A DNA stretch of 64,000 nt, taken from the IMG/VR virus record IMGVR_UViG_3300005435_000020, positions 36,908-100,907 of that record; one strand, given 5' to 3'. Origin of the DNA: a virus. A program made the translations under genes and the position numbers. The notes beneath the pieces are model-generated. The model did not search any database and was not told the origin of the DNA. It was given only the letters and a program-made list of their open reading frames with translations. Position 1 is the first letter of the stretch; each line of letters starts with the position of its first letter. This document shows, in pieces, positions 45,252 through 55,240 of this stretch.

Positions 45252-46676
45252 TCACCCTTGGTGACGTATCGCGTCTGCGTAGTCGGAGAGGGTGACGCCT
45301 GTCCCGTTTGCATCGGTGAGACTGTAGTATTTGTAGAGGTCAGCCTCGAAGGCCCAGCAAAACTCGACGTAGCTCCCCGACAAGGCGGATTCCATGCAGC
45401 CCTGGAGCATGAGCCTATTGTAGTTTGTTTGCCCCAAGCTATTATTGGCGGAATCGGTGTGTGAAGGATTCTCCCCGCCTTTCAGCCACCCTTTCCTGTC
45501 AGCCAGGAAGGCTATCCATCGCTGGCTGGCCCACGAGTTGATGTCGGAGCTAGTCAAGTAGGTGTTCCCTGCGTTGGGGCCATAACGCAGGATATCGGAG
45601 CTATTCGGTATGCGCTGGGAGTCTGGCAAGGAGGAGCCGCTAGTGTCCCACACGCTGCTGCAATGGAGGATGATCTTCGAGTCGTTGTTGAGGAGGTCAG
45701 AGAGCTTGTGGAAGACACAAGCCCTTCCCATCACGCTATTGGTATCAGAAGTGCCATTGAGCCTATTCGTGAGGTTGGGTCCATACTCCGATGGCCTGAT
45801 GCCGAGACCAGCGAAGTCCACCATGAAATAGCCAGTGTAGCCGAGTCCCCTCAGCGTGGACATCTGCCAGTTGATCACGTCTGCCAATGCGGCAATGTAC
45901 CAATTGAACCACGTCTCCGTGTTGGAGCCGACACCCGCCGTGAAGGCTGCGCCTTGGTATTGCGTCTCCCCTGGGGACCACCAAAACGTGGAGCCGGATG
46001 CCCCTCCCGTGGTGCCATTATTCGCGTAGCCGGTGCCCTTGAATGGGCACACTGGCACCGACGATGGCCTATCCGTCGCATTGCCTTGGGCATTGGCATT
46101 GTAGCCCCAATATTGATTGGAGCCGTCGCCACTCACCACATTCATATACGGGAAACCCGACTCGACTTGTCCCCCGCCGCCGATACGGATGCCCCAGATG
46201 TTTTTCCAACCTAAGACGTTGCCGATTCGCGTAAGATACGCGGCAGCCTTGGTCCTCACCGTCTGTGAGAAAGCAAACGACGCGGTGCCACTGGCGTGTC
46301 CAAGCTGATTGACGTCTTGCGTATTCGCCAAGGCGAGGAGCCAAGAAGGGGGGTAGTGGAGGTCCGGGGTAAGAAAGACCTTCATGCCATTGCTGAGATA
46401 CGTCTGAAGTTCTGCTACCCTTTGCGCCTCGAAACTCGCGGAGAATACGCCATCTGCCGTCTCCCAGACATTCCAACCAGTTTCCATGCCTGCTACCGTG
46501 ATGCCAGCAGACACGTCGGTGGGTGCCTTCGCTGATGTAGGCTGGAGCACACCGAAGAGGGTGCCGGAGCTATTGGCGCTGGCATCATTGAGGCCATCAT
46601 CGAATGTGGGGGACGTCATCGTCACCCTCCCCGACTTCGCTGTGCTCCCCACCCTCCCTTGCTTCAACGCCGCCAT
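45252..46676 (-). CDS. Glycoside hydrolase (GH42/GH14 beta-amylase-like TIM barrel)
   Basis: WNVWETADG.F, GMKVFL..DLHYPPSWL, IRIGGGGQVESGFP, GGENP. Confidence 0.7.
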   Translation of the reverse strand: MAALKQGRVGSTAKSGRVTMTSPTFDDGLNDASANSSGTLFGVLQPTSAKAPTDVSAGITVAGMETGWNVWETADGVFSASFEAQRVAELQTYLSNGMKVFLTPDLHYPPSWLLALANTQDVNQLGHASGTASFAFSQTVRTKAAAYLTRIGNVLGWKNIWGIRIGGGGQVESGFPYMNVVSGDGSNQYWGYNANAQGNATDRPSSVPVCPFKGTGYANNGTTGGASGSTFWWSPGETQYQGAAFTAGVGSNTETWFNWYIAALADVINWQMSTLRGLGYTGYFMVDFAGLGIRPSEYGPNLTNRLNGTSDTNSVMGRACVFHKLSDLLNNDSKIILHCSSVWDTSGSSLPDSQRIPNSSDILRYGPNAGNTYLTSSDINSWASQRWIAFLADRKGWLKGGENPSHTDSANNSLGQTNYNRLMLQGCMESALSGSYVEFCWAFEADLYKYYSLTDANGTGVTLSDYADAIRHQG

Positions 46677-47530
46677 CAGACTAGCTCCAGATAGATGTCC
46701 AGGTTCCATCCCGAGGTTAGCTGCTGCACCGCGAGTTTGAATGCCGTGGCCCCGTGGCAAGGGTAGGAGAAGACCTGATACAAAGGCTGCCCTATGCCGG
46801 TGAGTGCCGACACGATATAGGGGCTCCCCGCCAGCCATCGCTGCGTGTCCAGCGTATTCTGCTCAAACGGGACAAGGATGCACTGGAGGGGGGTCCTGGG
46901 GTCGCCATACTGGGGGGTCCTCGGCGTAAGCTCCACGAAAATCCTGACTTCGCTTTTATTCTGCGTATTGACGGAGGTGGGGATGGTGATGTCGATGCCA
47001 GTGAGGGAAGACCAGGGAAGGCTCCCCATCGTGGGGCCACTCGTGTAGCCGGAAGCACCCACGGTGACGGTACCCGCGGTGCCACCCGTGGCACCCGTGA
47101 CGGGAGCACCACCGGCAGCCGGTGGGTTACCATTGATCACGAAGCCAGCAGCCCTTTGCGCCTCCGTGATCCTGCCGATCCACCGCGTATTCGGGGGGTC
47201 CTGGTTGGTGTCGCTGCCTTCGTCGGCAAAGATATCGTAGAACCACCCGCCGTCTGCGCCACTCGGCTGTGGTATGACCAGGACAAACGCATTATTGGTG
47301 CCACCGGGAGTTTGGTGGCCTGAATTCCACGGGGACATGGGGCCAAGATGGTTATTTGCGATGACGCTGACGTTATAGTAGCTGCCGCCGCTGAGTGTGC
47401 AGCCAGCCACGGTTGCCGGTGTTATCGACGTCACTGACGTGGTGCCGACATCCGTGATGGCCTGATTCTTGTATTCTGAGCCTAGTGCTGTCCTGCTGCC
47501 AAACGGCTCAACTGCCGCAAAGTAGCTCAT
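46676..47530 (-). CDS. Putative virion structural protein
   Basis: G/T-rich 284 aa within the fibre block; SD gaggt. Confidence 0.65.
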   Translation of the reverse strand: MSYFAAVEPFGSRTALGSEYKNQAITDVGTTSVTSITPATVAGCTLSGGSYYNVSVIANNHLGPMSPWNSGHQTPGGTNNAFVLVIPQPSGADGGWFYDIFADEGSDTNQDPPNTRWIGRITEAQRAAGFVINGNPPAAGGAPVTGATGGTAGTVTVGASGYTSGPTMGSLPWSSLTGIDITIPTSVNTQNKSEVRIFVELTPRTPQYGDPRTPLQCILVPFEQNTLDTQRWLAGSPYIVSALTGIGQPLYQVFSYPCHGATAFKLAVQQLTSGWNLDIYLELV

Positions 47531-47565
47531 AATGAACCTCTAGGAAAATAACGCCAGACGGCGGA

Positions 47566-48018
47566 TTAGATGAGATACCAGTGGGATGAGCCGTCGCCTA
47601 TCAGCGTCATGGAATTCCATTGGCTGCTGATTACCTGAGTGGCGAGGCCATCTATCGTGTCGGTGCCAGCGGCTGCCACCGTGATGGCGTGGCTGGAAGA
47701 ATCAATCTTCTTGACGACGTATTGCTTCCCCGCCGACACTCCATTCGCCGCTGGTAGCGTGACGGTGAAGGCTGCGGAGGTGCCGTCACACACAACCACG
47801 GCATCGGAGGCTGTGATGGTGTAGGCTGCCGTCTTCGATGCGAAGGCGACGGCGAGACCCGACGTGACCAGCCCATTCCCCGTGATGGTCAACTTATGGC
47901 CACTCGCTGGCGCTGCCGTCATCTCCCCCGTATTATCGATGAGGAAAGAAGCACCGGCATTGCTGAGGTACCCGCCTGTGACGGTTCCCTGGCTGCCTGA
48001 TATCGTGAGGGAGGACAT
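47566..48018 (-). CDS. Small fibre-domain protein
   Basis: SKTAAYT...FTVTLPAA...GKQYVVKKID...DTIDG...DGSSHW, homologous to the C-terminus of 39875-43156. Confidence 0.75.
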   Translation of the reverse strand: MSSLTISGSQGTVTGGYLSNAGASFLIDNTGEMTAAPASGHKLTITGNGLVTSGLAVAFASKTAAYTITASDAVVVCDGTSAAFTVTLPAANGVSAGKQYVVKKIDSSSHAITVAAAGTDTIDGLATQVISSQWNSMTLIGDGSSHWYLI

Positions 48019-48050
48019 GGGCAAGGCTCATGAATGCCAGTGTTGGCGGC

Positions 48051-48428
48051 TTACTGCTTCACGAAATATTCTGTGAGCACTCTCTGTATAGTTTCCTGCA
48101 CACCATCTGCGTAGGAAACGACGAGACCATCGCGGAAACCCTCGGATGGGTCACCTAGCTGGTAGTGCTGGTGGACATGCTCAAGCATGACCTTCTCGAA
48201 GAGGTCTTGTGGCGTATTCACGTCATAGCGTTGCATCCTCACCTCGTCAACGAAAGTGAGGAGGTGGTTGTCAGCCTCGAAGTGCTTGATCTCCACGACG
48301 TTACCTTCCTCGTCTTTCGTGACGGGTATCTCGTCTTTCCTGGGGAGGTCAAGGATGAGCCGGAGGTGTGGGCCATCGCTGCGGTTCTCGACGCCACACG
48401 CCGTGACGATGATATGGGGAGTGTCCAT
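48051..48428 (-). CDS. Hypothetical protein (possible fibre chaperone)
   Basis: Acidic 125 aa directly after the fibre gene. Confidence 0.6.
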   Translation of the reverse strand: MDTPHIIVTACGVENRSDGPHLRLILDLPRKDEIPVTKDEEGNVVEIKHFEADNHLLTFVDEVRMQRYDVNTPQDLFEKVMLEHVHQHYQLGDPSEGFRDGLVVSYADGVQETIQRVLTEYFVKQ

Positions 48429-48429
48429 T

Positions 48430-50175
48430 TTAGAGTGTTCCCATCGCAAACCAAGTGCAAGCTATGCTAGTGCCAGCGCCGCTTCCATAGGTGGTGGACC
48501 TATACAACGTGAATGACGACGTGGAAGGCGACTGTGCATAGAAGCTGATGTTGCCGGTGATTCCGCCGTTGGGGGACACGGCAACGTTGGGTGTGCCGGA
48601 AAATGCCGTGGGGAAACCGACACTGATGCTTGTCGCATCTGCGGCGATACCAGATGACACGCCAGACTGGATGGCATAGTTGTTCCCGACGGGTGTCCTC
48701 AGCACATATTGACCATTGGCCTTGACGTTGCCGCCGTTGGAGATGGAAAATCGGGAGATACCAGCCGTGAAAAAGTCGAGGCCATTCTGGTTGCCGCCAG
48801 TCCTGTTGGAGCCGATGCCCTCGCCGGAGCCTGATGCCCCGAAGGAAATGGTCAGGCCACCGCCATTGAGGTTCTGTGTGTCGAGGAGTAGCTCACTCCT
48901 CGTCAAATAGGCACCCATCGTGGCACCGAAGTACCATTTGTGCATCCCACCCGTGGCGTCACCAGTGCTATACCACAGTGTGGAGCCATCCACCCCGATG
49001 GTATAAGAGTTTGCATCTGTTCCCGTGTCGTAGAAGATGAGTTTGGTGCCGGCACTGTAGCCTGTGCCGCTGGGGGGAGCCGCCGTCTGGTTGAATATAA
49101 TATGATTGTTGAGCCTAACGACGGAGCTTTTATCGAATCCCAAATAGATGGAGCCTGTGCCGGATGGATTGATAATAAGATTGGTTCCGTCGCTGCGTAT
49201 CCATGGCCTTCCTGGGTCGGTGGAGCTATTTTGGTTGTTGATGATGATGCCGTTTGCACCACCCAGATAAATAGCATTCCCCGTGTCGTAGGCGAGGGCC
49301 ACATAGTTGCCTGTCTTCGGGTTGAGGAAGACGCTGCCGCCATCACTCCTGAGCCACGGCATGCCAGGATCAACGTTGCTATTGTCGCTGCGTATCTGGA
49401 AGCCGAAGCTGCCATTGACGACGGAGAAGGTGTTGATGACGTTGACGCCGCCAGCAGACTTGTAGGTGACTTGCGGGTGCCAGTTGGTGCCATCATCGAA
49501 GCCAAACACCACGTCGTCGCTATTCGCTGCCCTGAGCCATCCTGCGGCTTGCGAGACGCCATTCCCTAGCTTGATGCCCTCCACATTCGCCGTATTGCTG
49601 ATGCGGTTTGCGGAGAGTTGGGCATTGGATAGTCGCATCGTGGTGCCGACGTTGGCTTGTGCCGTCACCACACCCGCTGCCGTCATGGACAGGAGGGAGC
49701 TTCCGTCTCCGTAGACTGCGAAGGTCTGGGCACCCGTGATGGTGAGGCTGAAGGCACCCGTGAAGGTGATCCCGCCGCTGCCGGTAAGCTGCCCCGCGTG
49801 ATTGATGCTCAGGAGGGGATTGCCGCTTTCATCCTGCCACTGCTGGATGTCGGAGGCATTGGAGACGTTGCGCTTCACGCTGAAGCCGATGCCGCTGCTC
49901 CCCTGCACCACCTGGCTGCTAGAGAAGCTGAGGGCACCCGTGGAGGAGAAATTCCCCGCCTGGTCGAAATAGGCAACCCTCGTATTCGAGGAGTTGTAGA
50001 TTTCTAGGAGGTTGCCAGTCTGCCCCGTGGCAGTGTGTAGCTCCAGCGTCGCAGTAGACGCGGAGGGGGCACCCGTGATGACAAGGCGCTTCTGAAACGT
50101 CTGTGTGCCCAGCCAAGTCCTGTCACCCGCAAGAGTGAGTGGGATACTGAGGAGAGCACCGCCGCCTCCACGCAT
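48430..50175 (-). CDS. Fibre or receptor-binding protein with C-terminal gp53/H-type-lectin-like domain
   Basis: IQSG...VGFPTAFSGTPNVAVS...STSSFTL...WFAMG; internal duplicate DPG.PW.RSDG. Confidence 0.75.
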   Translation of the reverse strand: MRGGGGALLSIPLTLAGDRTWLGTQTFQKRLVITGAPSASTATLELHTATGQTGNLLEIYNSSNTRVAYFDQAGNFSSTGALSFSSSQVVQGSSGIGFSVKRNVSNASDIQQWQDESGNPLLSINHAGQLTGSGGITFTGAFSLTITGAQTFAVYGDGSSLLSMTAAGVVTAQANVGTTMRLSNAQLSANRISNTANVEGIKLGNGVSQAAGWLRAANSDDVVFGFDDGTNWHPQVTYKSAGGVNVINTFSVVNGSFGFQIRSDNSNVDPGMPWLRSDGGSVFLNPKTGNYVALAYDTGNAIYLGGANGIIINNQNSSTDPGRPWIRSDGTNLIINPSGTGSIYLGFDKSSVVRLNNHIIFNQTAAPPSGTGYSAGTKLIFYDTGTDANSYTIGVDGSTLWYSTGDATGGMHKWYFGATMGAYLTRSELLLDTQNLNGGGLTISFGASGSGEGIGSNRTGGNQNGLDFFTAGISRFSISNGGNVKANGQYVLRTPVGNNYAIQSGVSSGIAADATSISVGFPTAFSGTPNVAVSPNGGITGNISFYAQSPSTSSFTLYRSTTYGSGAGTSIACTWFAMGTL

Positions 50176-50191
50176 CGTGAACCTCTAGAGA

Positions 50192-50461
50192 TTACCCTTC
50201 GGTGGGTGCTGTTTCGTTGTCGCTGGGGACCATCTGGAGGGGGGCCTTCTCCTCCGTCGCCTTGGGTACCGGCACAAACGTCTTCGTATCGGCGTCGAAG
50301 GTGTGGTCCTCGATGGAGATGCCCAAATCCTTGGCGACACCCGCCATATAGGTCTGAAGCTCACCGTAGGCGGCATTCGCTGGCTTCGCAAGCTCCTGCC
50401 ACTTCTCGAAGAGATAATCGAAAACCGCAACCTGCTTGTCGTTGAGACTGAGATTAGCCAA
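50192..50461 (-). CDS. Small hypothetical protein
   Basis: SD aaggt plus TTG. Confidence 0.65.
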   Translation of the reverse strand: MANLSLNDKQVAVFDYLFEKWQELAKPANAAYGELQTYMAGVAKDLGISIEDHTFDADTKTFVPVPKATEEKAPLQMVPSDNETAPTEG

Positions 50462-50494
50462 GACTGGGAAAACCTTTCACTGAGGATTTATTCT

Positions 50495-51175
50495 TTAGGA
50501 GGGATTTATCGGTGTCTGCTGCAACGTAAATGTGGTAGCCGTCACGAGACTGAGGTACCACACGGGTTGGGCACCATTCTGGTCAATCGTCGTGAAGAAG
50601 TAGTAGCCAGGGTTGAGGGCAACCTGGAAGCTGCCGGTGCTCGACGTCAGTGCCTCCGCAATCTGCGAAGAGAAATCTATCTGCGTCGTCTTATTACTGT
50701 TGCCGCTGTCGATGATGGTGGTGGCATTATAGAAACGCAGCGTCGCGTTGGTGACGGGAGTTGAGCCCTCCATCAGGGTGTCGGTGAAGATGATCTGTCC
50801 TGCGCCTGGGCCTAGCGTCACCGGCTGCCCCTCGTTGGCGAGGTTCATGAGCCGCGTCGAAAGCTCCACGTCGTTGTTGTTGCCTACCAACACCTCATAG
50901 AAGAAGTGGGCCGGTATCGTCGTCTCGTCCACCTTGACGGAGTACTGACCAACCACGCTGGGCGTCCAGGAATATGCGTAAATACCGGCAGGCGTCGCGG
51001 CATCAAGCTCCGTCATACTGGCGAGGTTGACAATCTTCGTGAGACTGATGGTACTACCCGCGATGACTTCCTGGTAGATGGTTACTTTCGGGGTTTTCCC
51101 CGTGGCGGGATTGCCACTCCCATCCAGAATCTCCTGGACTATGAAGAAAGGGACGTTGACTTTGGCATCAATCAC
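50495..51175 (-). CDS. Putative virion structural protein; paralogue of 39183-39827
   Basis: GIYAYSWTP..VGQY, RLMNLANEGQ, LTSSTGSFQVAL..GY. Confidence 0.65.
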   Translation of the reverse strand: MIDAKVNVPFFIVQEILDGSGNPATGKTPKVTIYQEVIAGSTISLTKIVNLASMTELDAATPAGIYAYSWTPSVVGQYSVKVDETTIPAHFFYEVLVGNNNDVELSTRLMNLANEGQPVTLGPGAGQIIFTDTLMEGSTPVTNATLRFYNATTIIDSGNSNKTTQIDFSSQIAEALTSSTGSFQVALNPGYYFFTTIDQNGAQPVWYLSLVTATTFTLQQTPINPS

Positions 51176-51219
51176 GAGGAATCTCCTGCCTCTACACCGT
51201 CACAGGCGCAGAGTTGCGA

Positions 51220-51504
51220 TTAGGGAAAAACGCTTGGCCTGACATCGAATTGGGCCTCTTGCGCCGCCGTGGCGACGCCTGTGCCTTCGACGCGATACCA
51301 CCACACGCCACACGTCGCAACGAGGATATCGACGTGATAGTTGCCGGTGGAATCTTTGATAACGGCAGCACCCGAAGATGTGGTGATATTTCCCAGCGGG
51401 TCCATGACCTTGAAGATCACCGTCGAAGGGTCTTGAGGCGCATTGTTCACGTCGAAGACGGCACTGAGCCTCACCTCGGTGCCCTTCGTATAGCTATTGT
51501 TCAT
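51220..51504 (-). CDS. Small Ig/BppU-N-like structural protein
   Basis: DPSTVIFKV.DP.G...KDSTGNYHVD...GVWWYR. Confidence 0.65.
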   Translation of the reverse strand: MNNSYTKGTEVRLSAVFDVNNAPQDPSTVIFKVMDPLGNITTSSGAAVIKDSTGNYHVDILVATCGVWWYRVEGTGVATAAQEAQFDVRPSVFP

Positions 51505-51511
51505 CGGTTAC

Positions 51512-53071
51512 CTAGGGATTTGTGTCACTCTCCAGGACTGTCGAGAGTGGTGTGTCGGAAAGTGACACCGAAGTAATGGTCATGTCGTTGAGTGCAGCCG
51601 TCGCTAGCGCAGCATCATTGACGGAGACGTGTGCCGGGAGGACACTGAAACTGAGGAGTACCGTGGCCCCGGCGGAAGCAGTGGATGTCTTCTTGAGGAG
51701 GACAATGCCGCCAGCACTCGGCGCTAGTCGGTTCAGGAAGACGCAAGCCCCCGCAGATGCTTGCCCTTGTCGTGACAAGAGGGTGCTTGCGGGTGAGACT
51801 AGGCTTCCAATACGTTTCAGGAGAAGGTGTGCCGGTGCCACGCCTTGCGCCTGGGCCTGCAACACTACAGCACTACTAGCGGCAAGTGGCCTCGTGGAGG
51901 CGAGGAGTGCCGATGCCGGAGCCTGAGTCGCTGCGACTTTCGACAGGAGCACCACGGAACCAGCCGACACACCACCTTGTCTGCGTAGGAGAGTGGTGGC
52001 GCTGGCCTGATCAGCGGAGGCGCTGAGGAGCACCACGGAGCCGGGTGCCGACGCTGCGTGGCTTTGTCCTAGAAGCACCGAGGCGGGAGCCGCTTTCGAC
52101 GTCTTCAGCGTCAGGATTGCCGTTGACGTCGATGTGGCGGGGAATGTTCCCTTCAAGAGTGCCGTCGCAGGGCCTTGCTGCGGGATTCCCGTGTTCTTGA
52201 GCAGGACATGGCCAGCCGCAGATGCCTGATAGCTCCCCGAGAGGAGCACCGATGCCGGTGCCGATGTGGACCTTGTGATGCCGAGTAAGGCGTGTGACGA
52301 GGCAGCAAGGCTCCCAGCCTTCTTCAGGAGTGTGTGGGAGGCTGCCTGGTCAGAGAATGTGCCCTTCAGGAGAGTAGACGCGGGAGCCGGAGACGCTATC
52401 GCCTTGACGAGTAAGACGGAGGCGGGAGCTACGCCAGTCCTGGTGCCAGCCAGCAAGACATGGGAAGGGGCCGACACGCTATGCGACGCGATGAGGACTG
52501 CGTGTGCCTGTGCGGAATCCGCATTGACCTTCGAGAGGATGGTGTGGGCACCGGCAGAGTCACTCCCTGCCTTTGCCAAGAGGGTGTGGGAAGGCGCAAC
52601 GACAGTCCCAGACTTTGCGAGGACCACACACGAAGCTGCGCTGCTGGTCCCTGTCCTCTTGAGGATTGCCTGGGAAGGAGACGACGCAGAGAAAGTGCCC
52701 TTGAGGAGGGTGTGGGCAGGGGCTATCCCGGTCCCCGACTTTGCGAGGAGCACCTGAGTAGAGGCGGTGTCGGTGCTTTGCTTCTGAAGCTGCGCCAATG
52801 CAGACGCGAGGCTGGTCCCCGTCTTCGTCAGAAGCGTGTGGGCAGGTGCGGTATCGGTGAAGCTGCCCTTGAGTAGGGCAGACGCGGGGGCGATGTCGGA
52901 GCCGCTTTTGGCGAGGAGGACATGGGCTGCGGCGTTATCGGTGCCTTGTTTCTTGAGGAGGGTGTGTGCTCCCGCAGGGTCTGTGGCAGCCTTCGAGAGG
53001 AGTACCGTGGCGGCTGCTGGCGCTGTAGAGGTAGCCGCAGATGCTGCGGGTATATATCGCCAAACAGCCAC
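51512..53071 (-). CDS. Ala/Ser/Thr-rich protein built from a 15-aa tandem repeat
   Basis: About 30 copies of [AS]x[APS][AS]x[TV]LLx[KG]xxxxx. Confidence 0.8.
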   Translation of the reverse strand: MAVWRYIPAASAATSTAPAAATVLLSKAATDPAGAHTLLKKQGTDNAAAHVLLAKSGSDIAPASALLKGSFTDTAPAHTLLTKTGTSLASALAQLQKQSTDTASTQVLLAKSGTGIAPAHTLLKGTFSASSPSQAILKRTGTSSAASCVVLAKSGTVVAPSHTLLAKAGSDSAGAHTILSKVNADSAQAHAVLIASHSVSAPSHVLLAGTRTGVAPASVLLVKAIASPAPASTLLKGTFSDQAASHTLLKKAGSLAASSHALLGITRSTSAPASVLLSGSYQASAAGHVLLKNTGIPQQGPATALLKGTFPATSTSTAILTLKTSKAAPASVLLGQSHAASAPGSVVLLSASADQASATTLLRRQGGVSAGSVVLLSKVAATQAPASALLASTRPLAASSAVVLQAQAQGVAPAHLLLKRIGSLVSPASTLLSRQGQASAGACVFLNRLAPSAGGIVLLKKTSTASAGATVLLSFSVLPAHVSVNDAALATAALNDMTITSVSLSDTPLSTVLESDTNP

Positions 53072-53112
53072 GAGAGTTGCCTACGAAAGTTTCACATCCC
53101 GTAGATGTGGTG

Positions 53113-53892
53113 TTAGACGCTGTGAAGATGCTGGTAGGGCCTCTCGAATCGAGACAGCAATTCGGCGCTGGACAACCTTCGTGTCCAAATACCAGCGGAG
53201 AGGATGGTGCCCTTGAATCCCGTCAGATTTTGCGTGGGATACGGGTAGGAGAGCACACAGATAGGTTGATTGACAATAAGTATCGGCTGCGCCGACCCAA
53301 ACCAGAGTGATTGTGGAGAATCCACCTGAAAGCCGTCTCGATAGAAATTGCAGTAGGCACCGTCGAAGGCCATTACGTATTCGTGAATATTGCCGTCACC
53401 CAATACGTAGGGATTGGTTGCCCCACTTGCATACATATCGGTGGTGCCAGCGTCGCTGCTATTCCAGTGTGCCTGATTATTGGTGCTATTCATCTGGAAG
53501 TTGACGCCATACGGGGAAGAGTTTGTGGAGTTATAGGGAATAGTGAGTATGGAGTTGTAACTTATGGTCGGCAACGAGTCGATAACGCAACGCACCATTA
53601 CCGTGAGTTGCTTCCACGTCCCTTTCAAGTGACCCGACATGGGCCAATATGCGGATTGCGTGTTCTTTGCTCCTCCGATGGGGCAGCGGAGCCCAGGGCC
53701 TTCTAATGACGGATAGTTGGTCTTGTAATCCCCCAACACAGGGGGAATGCCGGAAACCAGGTCTTCCATGGCCCCCGTCGTCGGCGCAACAAACCACCGA
53801 AGGTCTTGGCTGTGTGGGTGCCCCTGGTTGATGGTCACGGCATCCTGGAGTTGCTTGCCATACTGAAGGGAAAGCGTGTAGGGTCTCGGCAT
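53113..53892 (-). CDS. LamG/concanavalin-like domain structural protein
   Basis: HEYVMAFDG..CNFYRDG...FKGTI..AGIWTRRLSSAE. Confidence 0.75.
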   Translation of the reverse strand: MPRPYTLSLQYGKQLQDAVTINQGHPHSQDLRWFVAPTTGAMEDLVSGIPPVLGDYKTNYPSLEGPGLRCPIGGAKNTQSAYWPMSGHLKGTWKQLTVMVRCVIDSLPTISYNSILTIPYNSTNSSPYGVNFQMNSTNNQAHWNSSDAGTTDMYASGATNPYVLGDGNIHEYVMAFDGAYCNFYRDGFQVDSPQSLWFGSAQPILIVNQPICVLSYPYPTQNLTGFKGTILSAGIWTRRLSSAELLSRFERPYQHLHSV

Positions 53893-53893
53893 A

Positions 53894-54394
53894 TTACTGG
53901 CTCTGGTATTGCATGGGGAGCAGCGTCACTTTGCATTGGGTACTCTGCCCTGCGGTACCCGCGAAGGCCAAGCCGCTTTGGTTCTCCAACACGAAAACAA
54001 CACTATCCGGTATGTCCCCGAGAAGCGCCACGAGGTGCTTGCCACTGAAGTATTTAGTGACGTTGGCGGTGTCGATGGGGAGGTAGAGCACCGCCATGGT
54101 GGGGTTGGTGAGCATCGTGTAGGCTGCGTCGCCATCCGTCACACCATCGGTGTAGTTGGTGCCCCCGACGCTGGGTATCGCCACCCAGAGCCTGGCATAT
54201 GCGGGGGAACCGAGGGTACCTGTTGCGGTGTTGAGTTGGACACGTATCCACGCATTGTCAATGGTCCCGGTGAGCCCACCGATGCCGGAAAGCGTGACTT
54301 TGGTAGACTTCCTGGCGGCACCCGACGCAATGCCGTCTGCGCTGAGAGTGACGGTTACTTCAGTACCATAGGTAGGACCAATAATGGCAGCCAT
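53894..54394 (-). CDS. Putative virion structural protein
   Basis: Beta-rich 166 aa in operon. Confidence 0.65.
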   Translation of the reverse strand: MAAIIGPTYGTEVTVTLSADGIASGAARKSTKVTLSGIGGLTGTIDNAWIRVQLNTATGTLGSPAYARLWVAIPSVGGTNYTDGVTDGDAAYTMLTNPTMAVLYLPIDTANVTKYFSGKHLVALLGDIPDSVVFVLENQSGLAFAGTAGQSTQCKVTLLPMQYQSQ

Positions 54395-54396
54395 GG

Positions 54397-54750
54397 TTAG
54401 TCAACGACTCCGGCGATGGCATTCCAAAAATTGGTGATTGCCGTGAGTAGCTGTGCATCGGTGAATGTCTGCGCCGTCACACTGCTATTGGTTACCGTGG
54501 TCCCCGCCTTGACGTTTGCATCGAAGGTACACGCGAAGGCCAGTCCCAAGACGGAGTTATTGGTGACCACGGGATTGTTGAGGACTGCCATGGCGAGGCG
54601 ACTGCGACGTTGCCAGTTGCTCACGGTGCCGTCGTGGGCCTCATTCTGCACAGTGCCCCCCGCATACTGCATCGCAGCCATCAGGACACGCTGCTGATAG
54701 GTGGCGTTTTGAGAAAGGACAAACTGATCCGTATAAAGACTGATGGCCAT
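54397..54750 (-). CDS. Hypothetical phage protein
   Basis: QQRVLMA...R.RLA..VL.NP...TDAQL...W.AIAG. Confidence 0.65.
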   Translation of the reverse strand: MAISLYTDQFVLSQNATYQQRVLMAAMQYAGGTVQNEAHDGTVSNWQRRSRLAMAVLNNPVVTNNSVLGLAFACTFDANVKAGTTVTNSSVTAQTFTDAQLLTAITNFWNAIAGVVD

Positions 54751-54765
54751 TGGTGTGTAGGTCCT

Positions 54766-55176
54766 TTAGATGAGGGTGTCTTCATCCGTGACGTAGGAGA
54801 CACCTTCTTCGTTGATGTAGGTCAAGCTCTTGAAGTTGGTATCGTTGACAGTCCTCTGGAAGCCGATAACCTGGAAGGAGGGTCCTTGGTGCTGGTGAAC
54901 AATGTCAATGTCGTCAGACGCAACGTAGCCAAGGGCACCAATCCTCTGACGGAGTCGATAGAAGATGAGGCGTCTTCCATTCCCGAGTTGCACTGCAAAC
55001 TGTGGGAGCCCAGGGATGAGGGGATAAAGGATCAGGCCACCAAGCTTATTCTGGTCAATCTCGGCGTACCCGTGGAGGGTGCCGTCGTCTTCGATTTCTT
55101 CCAGGGTGCTGCCGTCGTTATAGATGGCCTGCCACATCCAGTGGTCAATATGTTCAGCAGGAATGACTTTCGGCAT
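54766..55176 (-). CDS. Hypothetical phage protein
   Basis: WQAIYNDGS.L...RLIFYR...IGFQ. Confidence 0.7.
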   Translation of the reverse strand: MPKVIPAEHIDHWMWQAIYNDGSTLEEIEDDGTLHGYAEIDQNKLGGLILYPLIPGLPQFAVQLGNGRRLIFYRLRQRIGALGYVASDDIDIVHQHQGPSFQVIGFQRTVNDTNFKSLTYINEEGVSYVTDEDTLI

Positions 55177-55240
55177 TGTATTGCCCTTTCTTGGCCCTTG
55201 TATGGGATTGTTGAGGCTGTTGTGTTACCTATTAGTAACC

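Noticed and set aside
39875-53071. Repeats as a CRISPR array or a diversity-generating retroelement TR/VR pair
   Set aside because: The repeats are in-frame and degenerate at synonymous positions; no spacers, cas genes or reverse transcriptase are seen
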